From positions 32,001-96,000 of IMG/VR virus record IMGVR_UViG_3300029922_000017: 64,000 nt of DNA. One strand, given 5' to 3'. Origin of the DNA: a virus. This document shows, piece by piece, positions 28,363 to 38,899 of the stretch. The notes under the pieces were generated by a model. That model searched no databases and was not told where the DNA came from. It saw only the letters and a list, made by a program, of their open reading frames with translations. A program made the position numbers and the translations under genes. Within the stretch, counting starts at the first letter, position 1. Each line of letters starts with the position of its first letter.

Positions 28363-28665
28363 TTAGGACTTGGCAAATTCAACCTTGTCAAACCCGTTGT
28401 AGTTACGGAACTTCTTCTGGAACAAGGCATTCGGGGCGATGGGCTGGTTCGGCAGCAATCCTTCATTGCCAGCCGCAATCACGAAGGTTGACTTGAACTG
28501 GATTTTTTCGGACTTGATGGCGTTGATAATGTTTTCAACGGTGGCAGTCTTGTTCTTGCCAGCCACGATTCCGGCTTGCTTGGCCACGTTACGCAATTCG
28601 GCTTGCGTCATAGTGCGGAGGGAGATGAAAGCGATGGCAGTGGAGTTGTTATTGATTTTGGTCAT
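28363..28665 (-). CDS. Rho-N/SAP-like small protein; paralog of 33342-33653
   Basis: MTQAELRNVAKQAGI..GKNK; shared GLLPNQP....LFQKKFRNYN. Confidence 0.7.
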   Translation of the reverse strand: MTKINNNSTAIAFISLRTMTQAELRNVAKQAGIVAGKNKTATVENIINAIKSEKIQFKSTFVIAAGNEGLLPNQPIAPNALFQKKFRNYNGFDKVEFAKS

Positions 28666-30442
28666 ATGTTTTTGTTTTTTGTTGTTAATGTTGACTGACA
28701 AGAAAGAATATATAGATTTTAATTAAAATGTCAAATGATTTCGTCAAATTTAATCCAGATTGTTGTATCGGTCTGGTCGGGTTGGTCGGATAAAGTTTAA
28801 TTTTCATAATTGAAATTATAGGGATTTTCAGATTAATTGCAAGATAATTCGTAAATTATTTTTTGAAGTTTTCAATTGACAATAGTATCTATAATATTCG
28901 AGTCTCTCTCGGTGAAAGTGACCCAGTAAAAATAAAACTCCCGCTGCCATTTCTGACAACGGGAGACAACATTGCATAAGCATGGTCAACCGACCTTTGT
29001 TTTTTGATAGCCTGTTCCCGTGACAATCCTCGACGTTTCCAGTTTGGTTTTCTTGCCATGGGAATAGTATATCTATTTGAAATGGAATGTCAACCCCAAA
29101 ATTATTCCAAAATCCACTGTGCCATTTCCTTGCCATTCTCAAACACAAAAATTCGGTGGCGAGGATAATTGTGGGACACATACTCCAACGCCGTCTTAAC
29201 CGATAAGAAAGACGATGTATAGTAACATAATTTAGTCGTGTTTTCCAAATTTTGGTTTGCGTTTATAGACTTTTTTTGATTCGAGTCTCTTTGTTACGGG
29301 ATTAAGCAAACCCCAAAATTTCCTTATCTTGATTGGCATTGGTTGTTTCATATATTGATATAAATATATCAATTTCCCCGGAAATGTCAAATCTTATTTA
29401 TTACCAATCCAAGGGGTAACGTGGTAAAGCGTCAACCACAATCCACCAATGACATAACCGATATGGTTAGAATTTCCATTACCATCATCAATATACATTT
29501 TAGAGACGTGTTGCCGACCAATTACAGAACAGAGAGACTTACGGGGATATTTACCAAGATTAAGATACCGCTTACCGTATTGGTCAACTGCAATGATTTG
29601 TGTTGTCATATTTAAGAGTATATCTATTTTAATAGAAATGTCAATGAGAAATTGGATTAAATTCTTCGGACACACAAAATGATTCATCTCCGTTTCTGGC
29701 ATAACCAAAATCATCCAACTCTAATTCAGGGAAAATTGTTCTGAAATAATTGATTGCATCCTTGATATAGAGGCAAGTATGTTCTTCCAAGACTTTATTG
29801 CCACTCTGCCAATTACCAATTGGATACAATTTAAGGAGTAGAAATTTCTTCATATGTTGATAAAGAGTATGGAGATTTTTATCTAAATGTCAAATAGAAT
29901 TACGGTTTTCCTGATACTCCTTATAGCGAGCAACGGCAATTTCAACGTCATCCCTATGAATTTCCATTGAATGATAATCCTTGCTATTGCCTTTAATTCG
30001 CAATCCTTCACCAAGCATGGGATATTCATCCTTCCAATTCTGACAAAAGTAACGGCTGGCATATTGACATTGTTGCCCCCATCTGTTTGCGAGCAACATC
30101 ACCAAAATCTACAAAATCATTCATATGAAAGAATATACCTATTTATATTTTAATTGCAAGGATTATTTCAAACTATTTTCTATTCTCGAATGACGAATAG
30201 TAACTCGAATATTATAGATACTATTTCAAAAAACGAAGTCTCTTCCTCACCTTCCGCATTTAGTATACTAAATTCAATTAGAAATAGCAACAACAAATCT
30301 CACTTATTTTACACTCGACTTTATATTTATATTCATAGCGTAGAAAACTATTAACAATTTGCAATTCCCTAATAAGTTCTTCAAATAAGAATTCTACGCT
30401 TATCTTATTAGGGAATTTGCTTTGCAAAAGCGTAGAAAACTT

Positions 30443-30931
30443 ATGTCATATAAAAATAAAGAAGATGCTAAAGCATTTCACAGAAGATATTATTTAGCCC
30501 ATAGAGAAGAAGCTTTACTGAAAAGTAAAGCGTGGAGAACTAACAATCCAGAATTAGCCGCAAAGCAAAAAAGAGAACATCATATTAAAAATCGTGAAGT
30601 ATTACTGGCAAAAGCTGCTATTTACAGAAAAAACAATAGAGAAACTTTATTGGAAAAGAGCAGATTAAGAAGACAGAAAAAACTTGACAATTTAGGATTT
30701 TCTGGTATAGAACACTGTGAAATTTGTGGCCGTAATAAATCGGAATTTAAGAAAGGATTAGCAGTTGACCATTGCCATGAGACCGGAAAAATACGGGGAT
30801 TATTATGTTATTTATGTAATACTAATCTATGAAGATATAGTGATAATATCAAATTATTAGAGAAGTCAATTAACTATCTTAAAAAGCATAATACTCCACA
30901 AGAAACTAATCCAGTGGAGTATTATATTTGA
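30443..30931 (+). pseudogene. Endonuclease VII-type HNH with premature TGA
   Basis: CEICG...LAVDHCHETGKIRGLLCYLCNTNL*RYSDNIKLLEKSINYL; TGA 30830-30832 replaces the conserved Gly. Confidence 0.8.
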
Positions 30932-30934
30932 GAT

Positions 30935-31471
30935 TTACCGTTTAACCACAATTAGTCCCCTCGCCCGCAATTTTTGAATGTTGTTAAGCGTAACTGTGCG
31001 GACAACTGGCTTAAACTCGTTAAGGGCAGAACTAGCGTAGAAATAAGGCTTTAGGGCATCATAATCAATCCGCTTTCCAGTTTCATCAAAATATCCCGTT
31101 TCTTCCGTTTTCTTGGACTTGGAAGGATAATAAAACAGATAAAACTTTCCATCATCTTTGGTTTTATTAACCCGAATTGGGGTCATTTTTCCGTCGGGCA
31201 TATAAGGAGCGTGCCAAGAATCCGCCGGAATGTATTCAACTTCACTTGCGGCAACGCCAAGCAATGCTGCTGTCTTTTTTTCTACGGCACGCTTGTAATC
31301 TATATTCAACCATCCTTTAACTATGGCCCGTTTAATAACGCCTTTGAAAGGACAAGTCTTTTTCAATGTCGGCTCGGTAATTGTTTCGGCTGAAAAGAAT
31401 TGACTATTGGTTCCGATACCAGTGAGAAAATCCACCATTGAAGGAACGGACATTTTAAGAGTTGTTTTCAT
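30935..31471 (-). CDS. Hypothetical early protein
   Basis: Long ORF with own promoter. Confidence 0.75.
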   Translation of the reverse strand: MKTTLKMSVPSMVDFLTGIGTNSQFFSAETITEPTLKKTCPFKGVIKRAIVKGWLNIDYKRAVEKKTAALLGVAASEVEYIPADSWHAPYMPDGKMTPIRVNKTKDDGKFYLFYYPSKSKKTEETGYFDETGKRIDYDALKPYFYASSALNEFKPVVRTVTLNNIQKLRARGLIVVKR

Positions 31472-32494
31472 ATGTTGTTTTTTGTTAATGTTAATTGTTA
31501 CTGACAAAGGAGAGTATAGAGATTTTTATCTTAAAGTCAAAAAGAAAATGGATTTATTTTAATTTATCCATATTTTGCCATTTATAGACAGTTTCACAAA
31601 ATTCATAATTAAAATCCCGCATATAGCAAATGCCCTGAAAAAATCCAATATGGTTACTCAAACCCCATGCCAGACTTTTCGGTGAATCTGCTAATGCAAT
31701 GGCAGACTTTTGGCAACCCGAATCAATGTAAGCAATCAATTCTTCAAGAGTGCAAGTTTTGTAATTCATATGTTGATAGAAGTATATCTATTTTTATACT
31801 AAAGTCAATTACGATCTATGGAAAAATTAATTCCATTTTTATTCCATCTTGATTTATGCCAGTCATTATGAACAATTTCAAGACATAACTCGAATGTGAA
31901 AATGTTAATGGTAGTTATTACATTGTAATAATCCCAGTTACAATGAAAGCCAAACCATTCATATTCATACCGATTGCAAACTAATGCCCACGGCCATTTT
32001 GGATTGTGAAATAATGTTTTCATATGTTTCTAAAGTATATCTATTTTAATTCAAATGTCAAATAAATTTCAAATTATTTACTTTAATGATATTATAGTAA
32101 CTCGAATGTGATATTTACTTGTCGGTGAAAATAACAATAAAATTGCCGATACCTTTTTCAAGATACCGGCAACCAACATATGACCACCACCGGAATAAAC
32201 AAAAGGGAATTTAGGTAAATCAATCGTGTGATTATTATACAAATTGCCGGTGAATAGTCAACGAATTTCGTCAGGAAATACAAAAATAGCAGTGCCAGCG
32301 TGTAATTCTTTACAATCTTCCAAAAGATTTACTGCGAGATTTCCGCTCTGACAATAATCTACAAAGGTGCCAACTCCCTTATGAGCAGGATTGTTGTCCA
32401 ACTCAAATCGAATGACATCACCTTTAACGTAATTAGTTTTCATATTGGTATTATATTTAAACTCGGTGAGAAGTCAAGAAATTAAATTTTGTTC

Positions 32495-32735
32495 GGATTT
32501 CACTGAACCTAACTTACTAGGTTGTTCCAAGGGTAGAGACAAGTCGAACTCTACATTTTCCCCAACGGGCTATTTTCCCATTAAATTACCTCGTCTATCG
32601 AACGTGGGAACTCATAGGGAAATTACTCCTATGAAACCACTTTCACTGGCCGTGTGAAATTATAAGTCACGCTTGAGTTTTCCGTTTGCGAAACATCCAC
32701 TTGACACGGATTAAATTGGAAGCCTCAGTAAAGAT
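32495..32735 (-). ncRNA. Candidate structured RNA (~240 nt)
   Basis: Own promoter; ends pair (TTTACTGAG/TTCAGTGAA, TTCCAA/TTGGAA); hairpins TCATAGG/CCTATGA, TTTCAC/GTGAAA, GTAGAG/CTCTAC; only a 26-codon ORF. Confidence 0.45.
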
Positions 32736-33341
32736 TTTAATTTTCATACTTTAAGTATATCTATTTTAGGTTGAATGTCAATCCAATTAAATTATTTGTC
32801 CCAGTAATAAAAGTATTCACCACCGGCTTCCGTCACTGTGTGGAGATAAACCCGATATAAAATTCTGCCATTGGCATTTGTGCCGACGACTTCGGGGTTA
32901 TTCAATGCCTCTTGATTGGCATTGTTGACGTTCTTTTCGTCACTACAACCGGCAAAGAATATCATTGCCGCCAGAAATAGAGCTAATCCAATGGCAAGTT
33001 TCATTTAATCGAGACGAATAGTTTTTTCATGTGTGAGTATTATACAGAGTTTTGATTGATTGTCAAGTGTGGGGATTAAATCCATGTTTATCAAAATATC
33101 CAGCCAATCCTTCGCCGGGCCGACGAACCGTGGTTGGACGATTGCCGCCGACGGTAGCCAATATGATGATAAACGAATTCATGTAAAGAGTATATCTATT
33201 TTAATACAAATGTCAACATTTATTTTTCGACCAAGAAGACCAATAGTAACTCGAATATTATATATACTATTTGGAAAAAATAAAACAAAAATCCACTTGA
33301 CTTTTTGGGTATTAGTCAAGTGGGTTGAAACTGTTTATTGA

Positions 33342-33653
33342 TTAGGCAATCGCCTTTTCAACCTTGTCGCCAGTGCCTTTGATGCCGTTCCGGTTGTAGT
33401 TGCGGAACTTCTTCTGGAACAGAGTGTTTTCACACACCGGCTGGTTCGGCAGCAATCCATTGCCCTTGCCGATGATGCCGGTAATCTTGAACTGGACACT
33501 GCCGATGGCAATGGCAGCGAGGATGTTCGAGCGGGTGTTGCTGGCCGACTTGCCAATCTGCAAACCGGACTGCTTGGCGATGCCATTCAATTCGGCACGG
33601 GTGAGGGTGTCGAGGAACATTTCGGCGAAGGAGAGTTCATTGCTGGTGTTCAT
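33342..33653 (-). CDS. Rho-N/SAP-like small protein; paralog of 28363-28665
   Basis: LTRAELNGIAKQSGL; GC-rich codon usage. Confidence 0.7.
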   Translation of the reverse strand: MNTSNELSFAEMFLDTLTRAELNGIAKQSGLQIGKSASNTRSNILAAIAIGSVQFKITGIIGKGNGLLPNQPVCENTLFQKKFRNYNRNGIKGTGDKVEKAIA

Positions 33654-34328
33654 AGTTTTGTTTTTTGTTTTGTTTTAGTTGTTACTTACAAGAAAGAGTA
33701 TATCTATTTTTAATTGAATGTCAAATCTTTATTTATATTCCCAGACAACTTCCTGATACTGCTTGCCGTCTTGGGATTGTTTGATAATGTGGAGATTAGC
33801 CTTGTTCAATTGAGAAAATTCAATGGCATCTTCCAATCCTTGATGGTGGACTGGAAAATCAGTAGTCCCAAATTCAGTGGTGACGGCGTAATTGATATTC
33901 ATATGATTATTATACTTATTGGCTTGCAAATGTCAATTAAATTTCACTGCAACATGAAAATCCATTAATGTAAATGGACAATTCTTCAAGTAGAGTTTTT
34001 CGGGGACAGCTATCAATTGACACCATGATTGACACAGTGTTATGAATTTTGTCATAGGTAATGGCATCATTCGAGAATAGATAGAACCGGAAATATGACC
34101 CCATACCCTTTTTAAGAGCAGCAAATTCAACGTCAGTCAATTCAATATACCAAGAATGTTTTTTCATATTTTTCATATAAGAGAGTATATCTATTTTTAT
34201 ACAAATGTCAATGATTTATTTTTGCCGGATTGTTATCAAGTAACTCGAACAATATAACCAGTCAACCAAGTATTAAAAAACCTCACTTATCTTTGCTATC
34301 AGATAAGTGAGATTGTTATTGACTTTCG

Positions 34329-35387
34329 TTAAATTGCCGCCAGCAACTTGCGACCCCGTTCCTCAATTGCCGGAAGTGCATCACGGTCGGTGGTCAACAG
34401 ATTGTAAAATTCCGACTTGCTATCGGCATTGTTGCCAAATTCCGATGAAGCAAACCGGCGACCAAACGGAGTCTTGGCAGTTGCCGAGCCGTGAGTCAGC
34501 AATTGAGTGTAGGCATTGAGCAAATCAAATTCAGTCTGCCCACGATTGGCAATCCCGTTAGTGTGCAAGTGAACCAATTCCTTCACGGTGTTTTCACCAC
34601 GAGTGGACATTTTCAACTTGTCGCCAGCCTCAATTTCAGGCGTAATGAAACCAGCGAAAATTTCCTTGGCACGATTTTCGTTGCATTCATTGGCAGCAAG
34701 GCCATCCATCGCCGCCTTAAACACCGCAGCCATGCCAACAGCCTTTTCCACTTCGCCCTTGGACGCTTCCAAGCGGTCAGAAAAATTCTTGGTTGCCCGT
34801 TCGTGAAACAGAATTTTACCCGATGCACGAGAGAGAGATATCGTGTTCCAGCAAACCGGCAAGATGCTGGAGAGTTCGCATTGCGGCGACACAGACCTGT
34901 CCAATCCACCGGAAAAATTCAACTGGAAATTAGACTGGCGACCATCGCCAACCGTCATTGATTTCAGTTCGGAAAGAGTGACGCCGATAAACCAGAACGA
35001 GCGATTCCAGAGCATACCGATACTGGAAACATCGTAATTGGTTCCGGCCAATTCACCAGCAACCCATGCCCACGCTTCACGAGGCGTAAAGAGAATGTAA
35101 GTTCCCCGCTTGTCCTTTTCCTTGGCTTCACATCCGGCTTCCGTTTCGTCAACAATCGTCTCACCACAGAAAGGGGGAGCGACGGGCAGCATATCATCCA
35201 TGGACACCGGCACATGGAATTTACGGTTGCCAAACACCACTTCCTTGCCGCCATAGAAAAACAGCGGCATGGCTTTGATTTCAGGAAAATCTTCCAGCTT
35301 GGGCTTCCCAATCTTGGTCAGCTTGTGCCATGCCTGTGTTTCGGCAATTTGAAAATCACGTTTCGGGTTATAGATGCCATGTGACAT
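34329..35387 (-). CDS. DUF932-family protein
   Basis: MSHG...AWHKL N-terminus; VCWNTISL; G.TEFDLLNAYTQ. Confidence 0.85.
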   Translation of the reverse strand: MSHGIYNPKRDFQIAETQAWHKLTKIGKPKLEDFPEIKAMPLFFYGGKEVVFGNRKFHVPVSMDDMLPVAPPFCGETIVDETEAGCEAKEKDKRGTYILFTPREAWAWVAGELAGTNYDVSSIGMLWNRSFWFIGVTLSELKSMTVGDGRQSNFQLNFSGGLDRSVSPQCELSSILPVCWNTISLSRASGKILFHERATKNFSDRLEASKGEVEKAVGMAAVFKAAMDGLAANECNENRAKEIFAGFITPEIEAGDKLKMSTRGENTVKELVHLHTNGIANRGQTEFDLLNAYTQLLTHGSATAKTPFGRRFASSEFGNNADSKSEFYNLLTTDRDALPAIEERGRKLLAAI

Positions 35388-35563
35388 AATGTTTTTGTGT
35401 TAATTGTTTTTGATGTTTGTTACCAACAAGAAAGAATATACGCTTTTATTTTAATTTGTAAAGGTTTATTTTGTTTTATTTTCATCTAGTTCTAATTATG
35501 TCCAATTTCTGGACACCTTCTGTCCAGTGGAATAACTATAACCTTCGTCTTACTCTCGGAAAT

Positions 35564-35589
35564 AAAAAACTCCCCTTTCGGGGAGTTAG
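35564..35589 (-). terminator. Intrinsic terminator
   Basis: AACTCCCC-GAAA-GGGGAGTT-TTTT on minus strand. Confidence 0.85.
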
Positions 35590-35611
35590 TTGATTTTGAA
35601 TTGATTGTCAA

Positions 35612-35902
35612 TTACTTCTTGCCCTTTTTCTCGGCAAGTGCCGCAGTCGGATTTTCCGTTGTCAGTGCGGCCAGCTTCTTACGCTGGTTGGTCGAGCCAT
35701 TGGGAATAAGCGACTTCACTTTGTCGGCATGGGACAAGGCAGCGTATTCCGCATTGCGATTTTGTGCCTCAATCCGCTTTGCGTCCCGCTTCATATGAAG
35801 GATGCGGCTGGAATAGCCATTGGTTTTCAACTTGCCAATGTGCTTATTGGCCGAAGTGCCGAGTGATGCCGATTTGGTTTGGGGGTATTTTTGTGTGCTC
35901 AT
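35612..35902 (-). CDS. Small basic hypothetical protein
   Basis: K/R-rich ORF between promoter and terminator. Confidence 0.7.
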   Translation of the reverse strand: MSTQKYPQTKSASLGTSANKHIGKLKTNGYSSRILHMKRDAKRIEAQNRNAEYAALSHADKVKSLIPNGSTNQRKKLAALTTENPTAALAEKKGKK

Positions 35903-37688
35903 AAAAGTATTATATAGATTGTTTATTGATTGTCAATGAACATTTACAAAAATATCAGAATGTTCACCGTCATTCCAAGGGTCGTTATCAACCTTAAAAT
36001 TCAACTCTGTTTTAATAGTGTAATAGGTCGACCTCGTAATTTGAACTGGGTTGCCATTGATAACAATCACCGGAACAAGTTTCCCGTCGTGGCGCAACCG
36101 AAGTTTCTTTTCGCCCTTGCGATGCTGCCGAGTGGTTGAAACGGTAACATTAACTCGGTCTTTCACATTGGGATAATACTTGATAAAGATGCTATTACAT
36201 AAGGTTATACCTTCCCTGGAATACCAGGAACTTCCGTAGTGGTTGGATACCCGTTTCAATTTAAATGTTTTTGTCATATGCAAACATTATAGAGATTATA
36301 TTTCCAAAGTCAACGGGAAATTTATTTTCTTTTTCAGTTGCTATTTATAGTGTAGAATGTATATTGTATGGCATATGAAAATTTCACCAACTACTCAACT
36401 TGAATTGATGAAGATGCGTCGTCGGGTAAATATTTGGACGATACTTATGATTGTTTTTTGGTTGACTTTTTGAATTGGATAGGTATAATAATATCAATAT
36501 GAAAAATAAACAATACACTCTCGGCAACGTCACCTACGGATATTCCCTTCAATCAAAGAAGTGGGAATTCAAGATTAATGATTTTACGTTTTTAACAGCC
36601 TTGAATGGTGGTGGTAAGGTCGGTGAAACCGTGGCAAGACTTATTGAGGCTGGATATGTTCGACTTCAAAAGAAAGGCGAGGTTGGAATTGATGGATTGG
36701 CAAGGGCAAATATCAACTTGGCGATTGCTCGACACAATGCGAAGCAACTTGTCGGCAGAGATTAATAAAATATTCTTAACTATGATTTAATTTCATTGCA
36801 TTTATATTTTTATCAACCCACTGAACATTCCCTTCAACATACCCCTTTAATGGGTCTATTCTATCTAATGAAACATTATATCGTTTATATCAATGGAATT
36901 GAGTGTGATGAATTGATTAAAGCATCCAATCACAATGCCGCCGAAAAGAAAGCGGTGAATTGATATGAAAAAATATATTCAATGGTTTGATGATAAGACT
37001 AAGGCAATTCCAGTCACTTCCGAGCCTTTAGTCGGTGAGTTTGGAGATGAATTAATGGATTTCCAAGATTGGGAGCGATTAGGATTTAGAGTTATGGATT
37101 GGATGGATAAATATCCAAACGGAAAAATCATTTATATCTGGCTATAAATAATCTGACTTGCGGTGAAATTGATATGACTAAACAAGAAAATATTAAAATT
37201 GCTGGCGAAGTAATTAATTTGCTCCGAAAGAATGGAATTGTGATTGAAAGTCCATACGATGTTGAAAATTGGGCTGAGGAATGGTTAACCAATCATTCCA
37301 ATCTTTTTGAGACTAAAATGTTCAAAGAAGAATAAATTTGACTTGTTGGTGAAATTCTGCTATCTTATTGGTATTATGAATGAAATATATCAATGGCAGT
37401 TTAAAAATGGCAGCAAGACACCTTTGGAATTTACCACCTTTCCATTTGCGTTTCGTGCAATGTATAACCTAGTCCGGCAAGGAATTGATGCGGGGAAACC
37501 TGTTGATACTTCTGGATTTGTGATTGTAGGACCTAAAAATCCAAGGGGTGAGCGTGTGAGATATGGTTATTTTGCCGCTCTTGAGCTTGCTCGTTCCGGT
37601 GGCCTTTTGAACCAAGAGGGTTACATAAATGGTAAGGAATTCAAGAAAAAGTTTTGACAATCAATAAACAATCAGTATAATCTTTTAT

Positions 37689-38156
37689 ATGAATAAAATA
37701 CAAATCCCCGAAGGCTGGTATCAACTCAATCCCGAAGAACGGGTTCGTGAAGGCGATAAATTTTTCCGCCCCTCATTTGGTGAATGGGAGCTATCTGGAA
37801 ATTATCCCAGCGGACAGCAATCCACTGAATATGTTTATATTCGCAATGGTTCACCCCCTACCCCGTTCAAGATTGGCGATAAGGTTGAAGTTTCTGGCAA
37901 AACCGGAGTAATTCATGGTGAACGCACATATCTGAAAGCTGGTTTTGGATACAGTATCAAGTTTGATGAAGCGATTGAAAATAAAGACTTGGGGCATCTT
38001 TATGTTATTTCTATTCGGGAAGACCTTATCAAACATCAAGAAAAGCCAATTATGGCGGCTGGTTATGAAGTCAAATTTGAATCTGGTCAAATCAAGGTTG
38101 GTTGCCAGACCATTTCAAATGAAGTCGTGAAACAAATTGCGGCCAAGTTGAAATAA
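37689..38156 (+). CDS. VGCQ-family paralog 1
   Basis: C-terminal IKVGCQTI shared with 47296, 48040 and 53016. Confidence 0.75.
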   Translation: MNKIQIPEGWYQLNPEERVREGDKFFRPSFGEWELSGNYPSGQQSTEYVYIRNGSPPTPFKIGDKVEVSGKTGVIHGERTYLKAGFGYSIKFDEAIENKDLGHLYVISIREDLIKHQEKPIMAAGYEVKFESGQIKVGCQTISNEVVKQIAAKLK

Positions 38157-38301
38157 CATTTGACTTTTGGTTTTTAGTTGATATATTAGTTTCAGTTGAT
38201 AGCAATATCACAATATCACAATTCGCCAATTGCCGCAGATGCATCTGCTAATTTAAGAGAAAATACCAACGTTGTTGGAGAATGGTAAAGCGAAGATTTT
38301 C

Positions 38302-38376
38302 GGGAGTGTAGCTCAGAGAAAGAGCACCTAACGTGGAGTTAGGAGGTCGCAGGTTCAAGTCCTGCCACTCCCACCA
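38302..38376 (+). tRNA. tRNA-Pro(TGG)-like with G33
   Basis: GGGAGTG/CACTCCC-ACCA; CCTAA-CGTGGAG-TTAGG; T-loop TTCAAGT. Confidence 0.8.
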
Positions 38377-38516
38377 GTTTTTAGAATTCGGATTAACAGT
38401 CAAACCGTTCGGCTACGCAAATAGACCGATAAACAATACTGGTATCATTTTGCGATGATATGTCCAATTAACTAGATTTCGATAGTGGAAGTGGCTCTAT
38501 CGGATGAATATTTTAC

Positions 38517-38672
38517 GGATAGGTCGATGTGCGAGGTGAGAGTCCTCACGAAAGATGTAATGGAAGGTTTGCATGAGTAATGTCAGTGGCATTAATTAAC
38601 TTGACACGAAAGTAATAATTGAGTAGTTATATTCAGTAGAAAACATGGGTTAGAGTCCCGTGCTATCCACCA
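38517..38672 (+). ncRNA. 156-nt RNA with tRNA-like ends and two T-loop-like hairpins
   Basis: GGATAG/CTATCC-ACCA; ATGGG-TTAGAGT-CCCGT; internal GAGG-TGAGAGT-CCTC. Confidence 0.65.
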
Positions 38673-38675
38673 ATT

Positions 38676-38899
38676 TGATTGAAGGATGTTGTGCTAAAAC
38701 CACATCATTTAAAGAGTAGGATTAGACCGGATTAATTGGAATGAAATCCCATATCAAGCCAATTAACATAGTCGGTCATAATGTGATAGTAGTAGTGACA
38801 TGACATGGATGAGATGGGCTACTACCGTGTCTTTAATGAATTAACAGTTGAGGCGAAGTATCACAAATCCTTTTGGCTTAGATATGCACACTTCAATCA
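38676..38899 (+). ncRNA. Unnamed structured RNA (~224 nt)
   Basis: Closing stem TGATTGAAG/CTTCAATCA; GACCGG..TTAATTGG/CCAATTAA..TCGGTC; GTAGTAG/CTACTAC; followed by U-tract. Confidence 0.6.

Larger units (their letters stand above)
26886..36283 (-). other. Leftward early-gene block of small ORFs, each with a sigma70-like promoter
   Basis: More than 20 short minus-strand ORFs with TTGAC(A/T)-N17-TATACT/TATTCT shortly before the ATG; bidirectional terminators between units. Confidence 0.75.

Noticed and set aside
34307-35311. Several overlapping ORFs within the DUF932 gene
   Set aside because: Shadow frames caused by locally high GC; no motifs or promoters.
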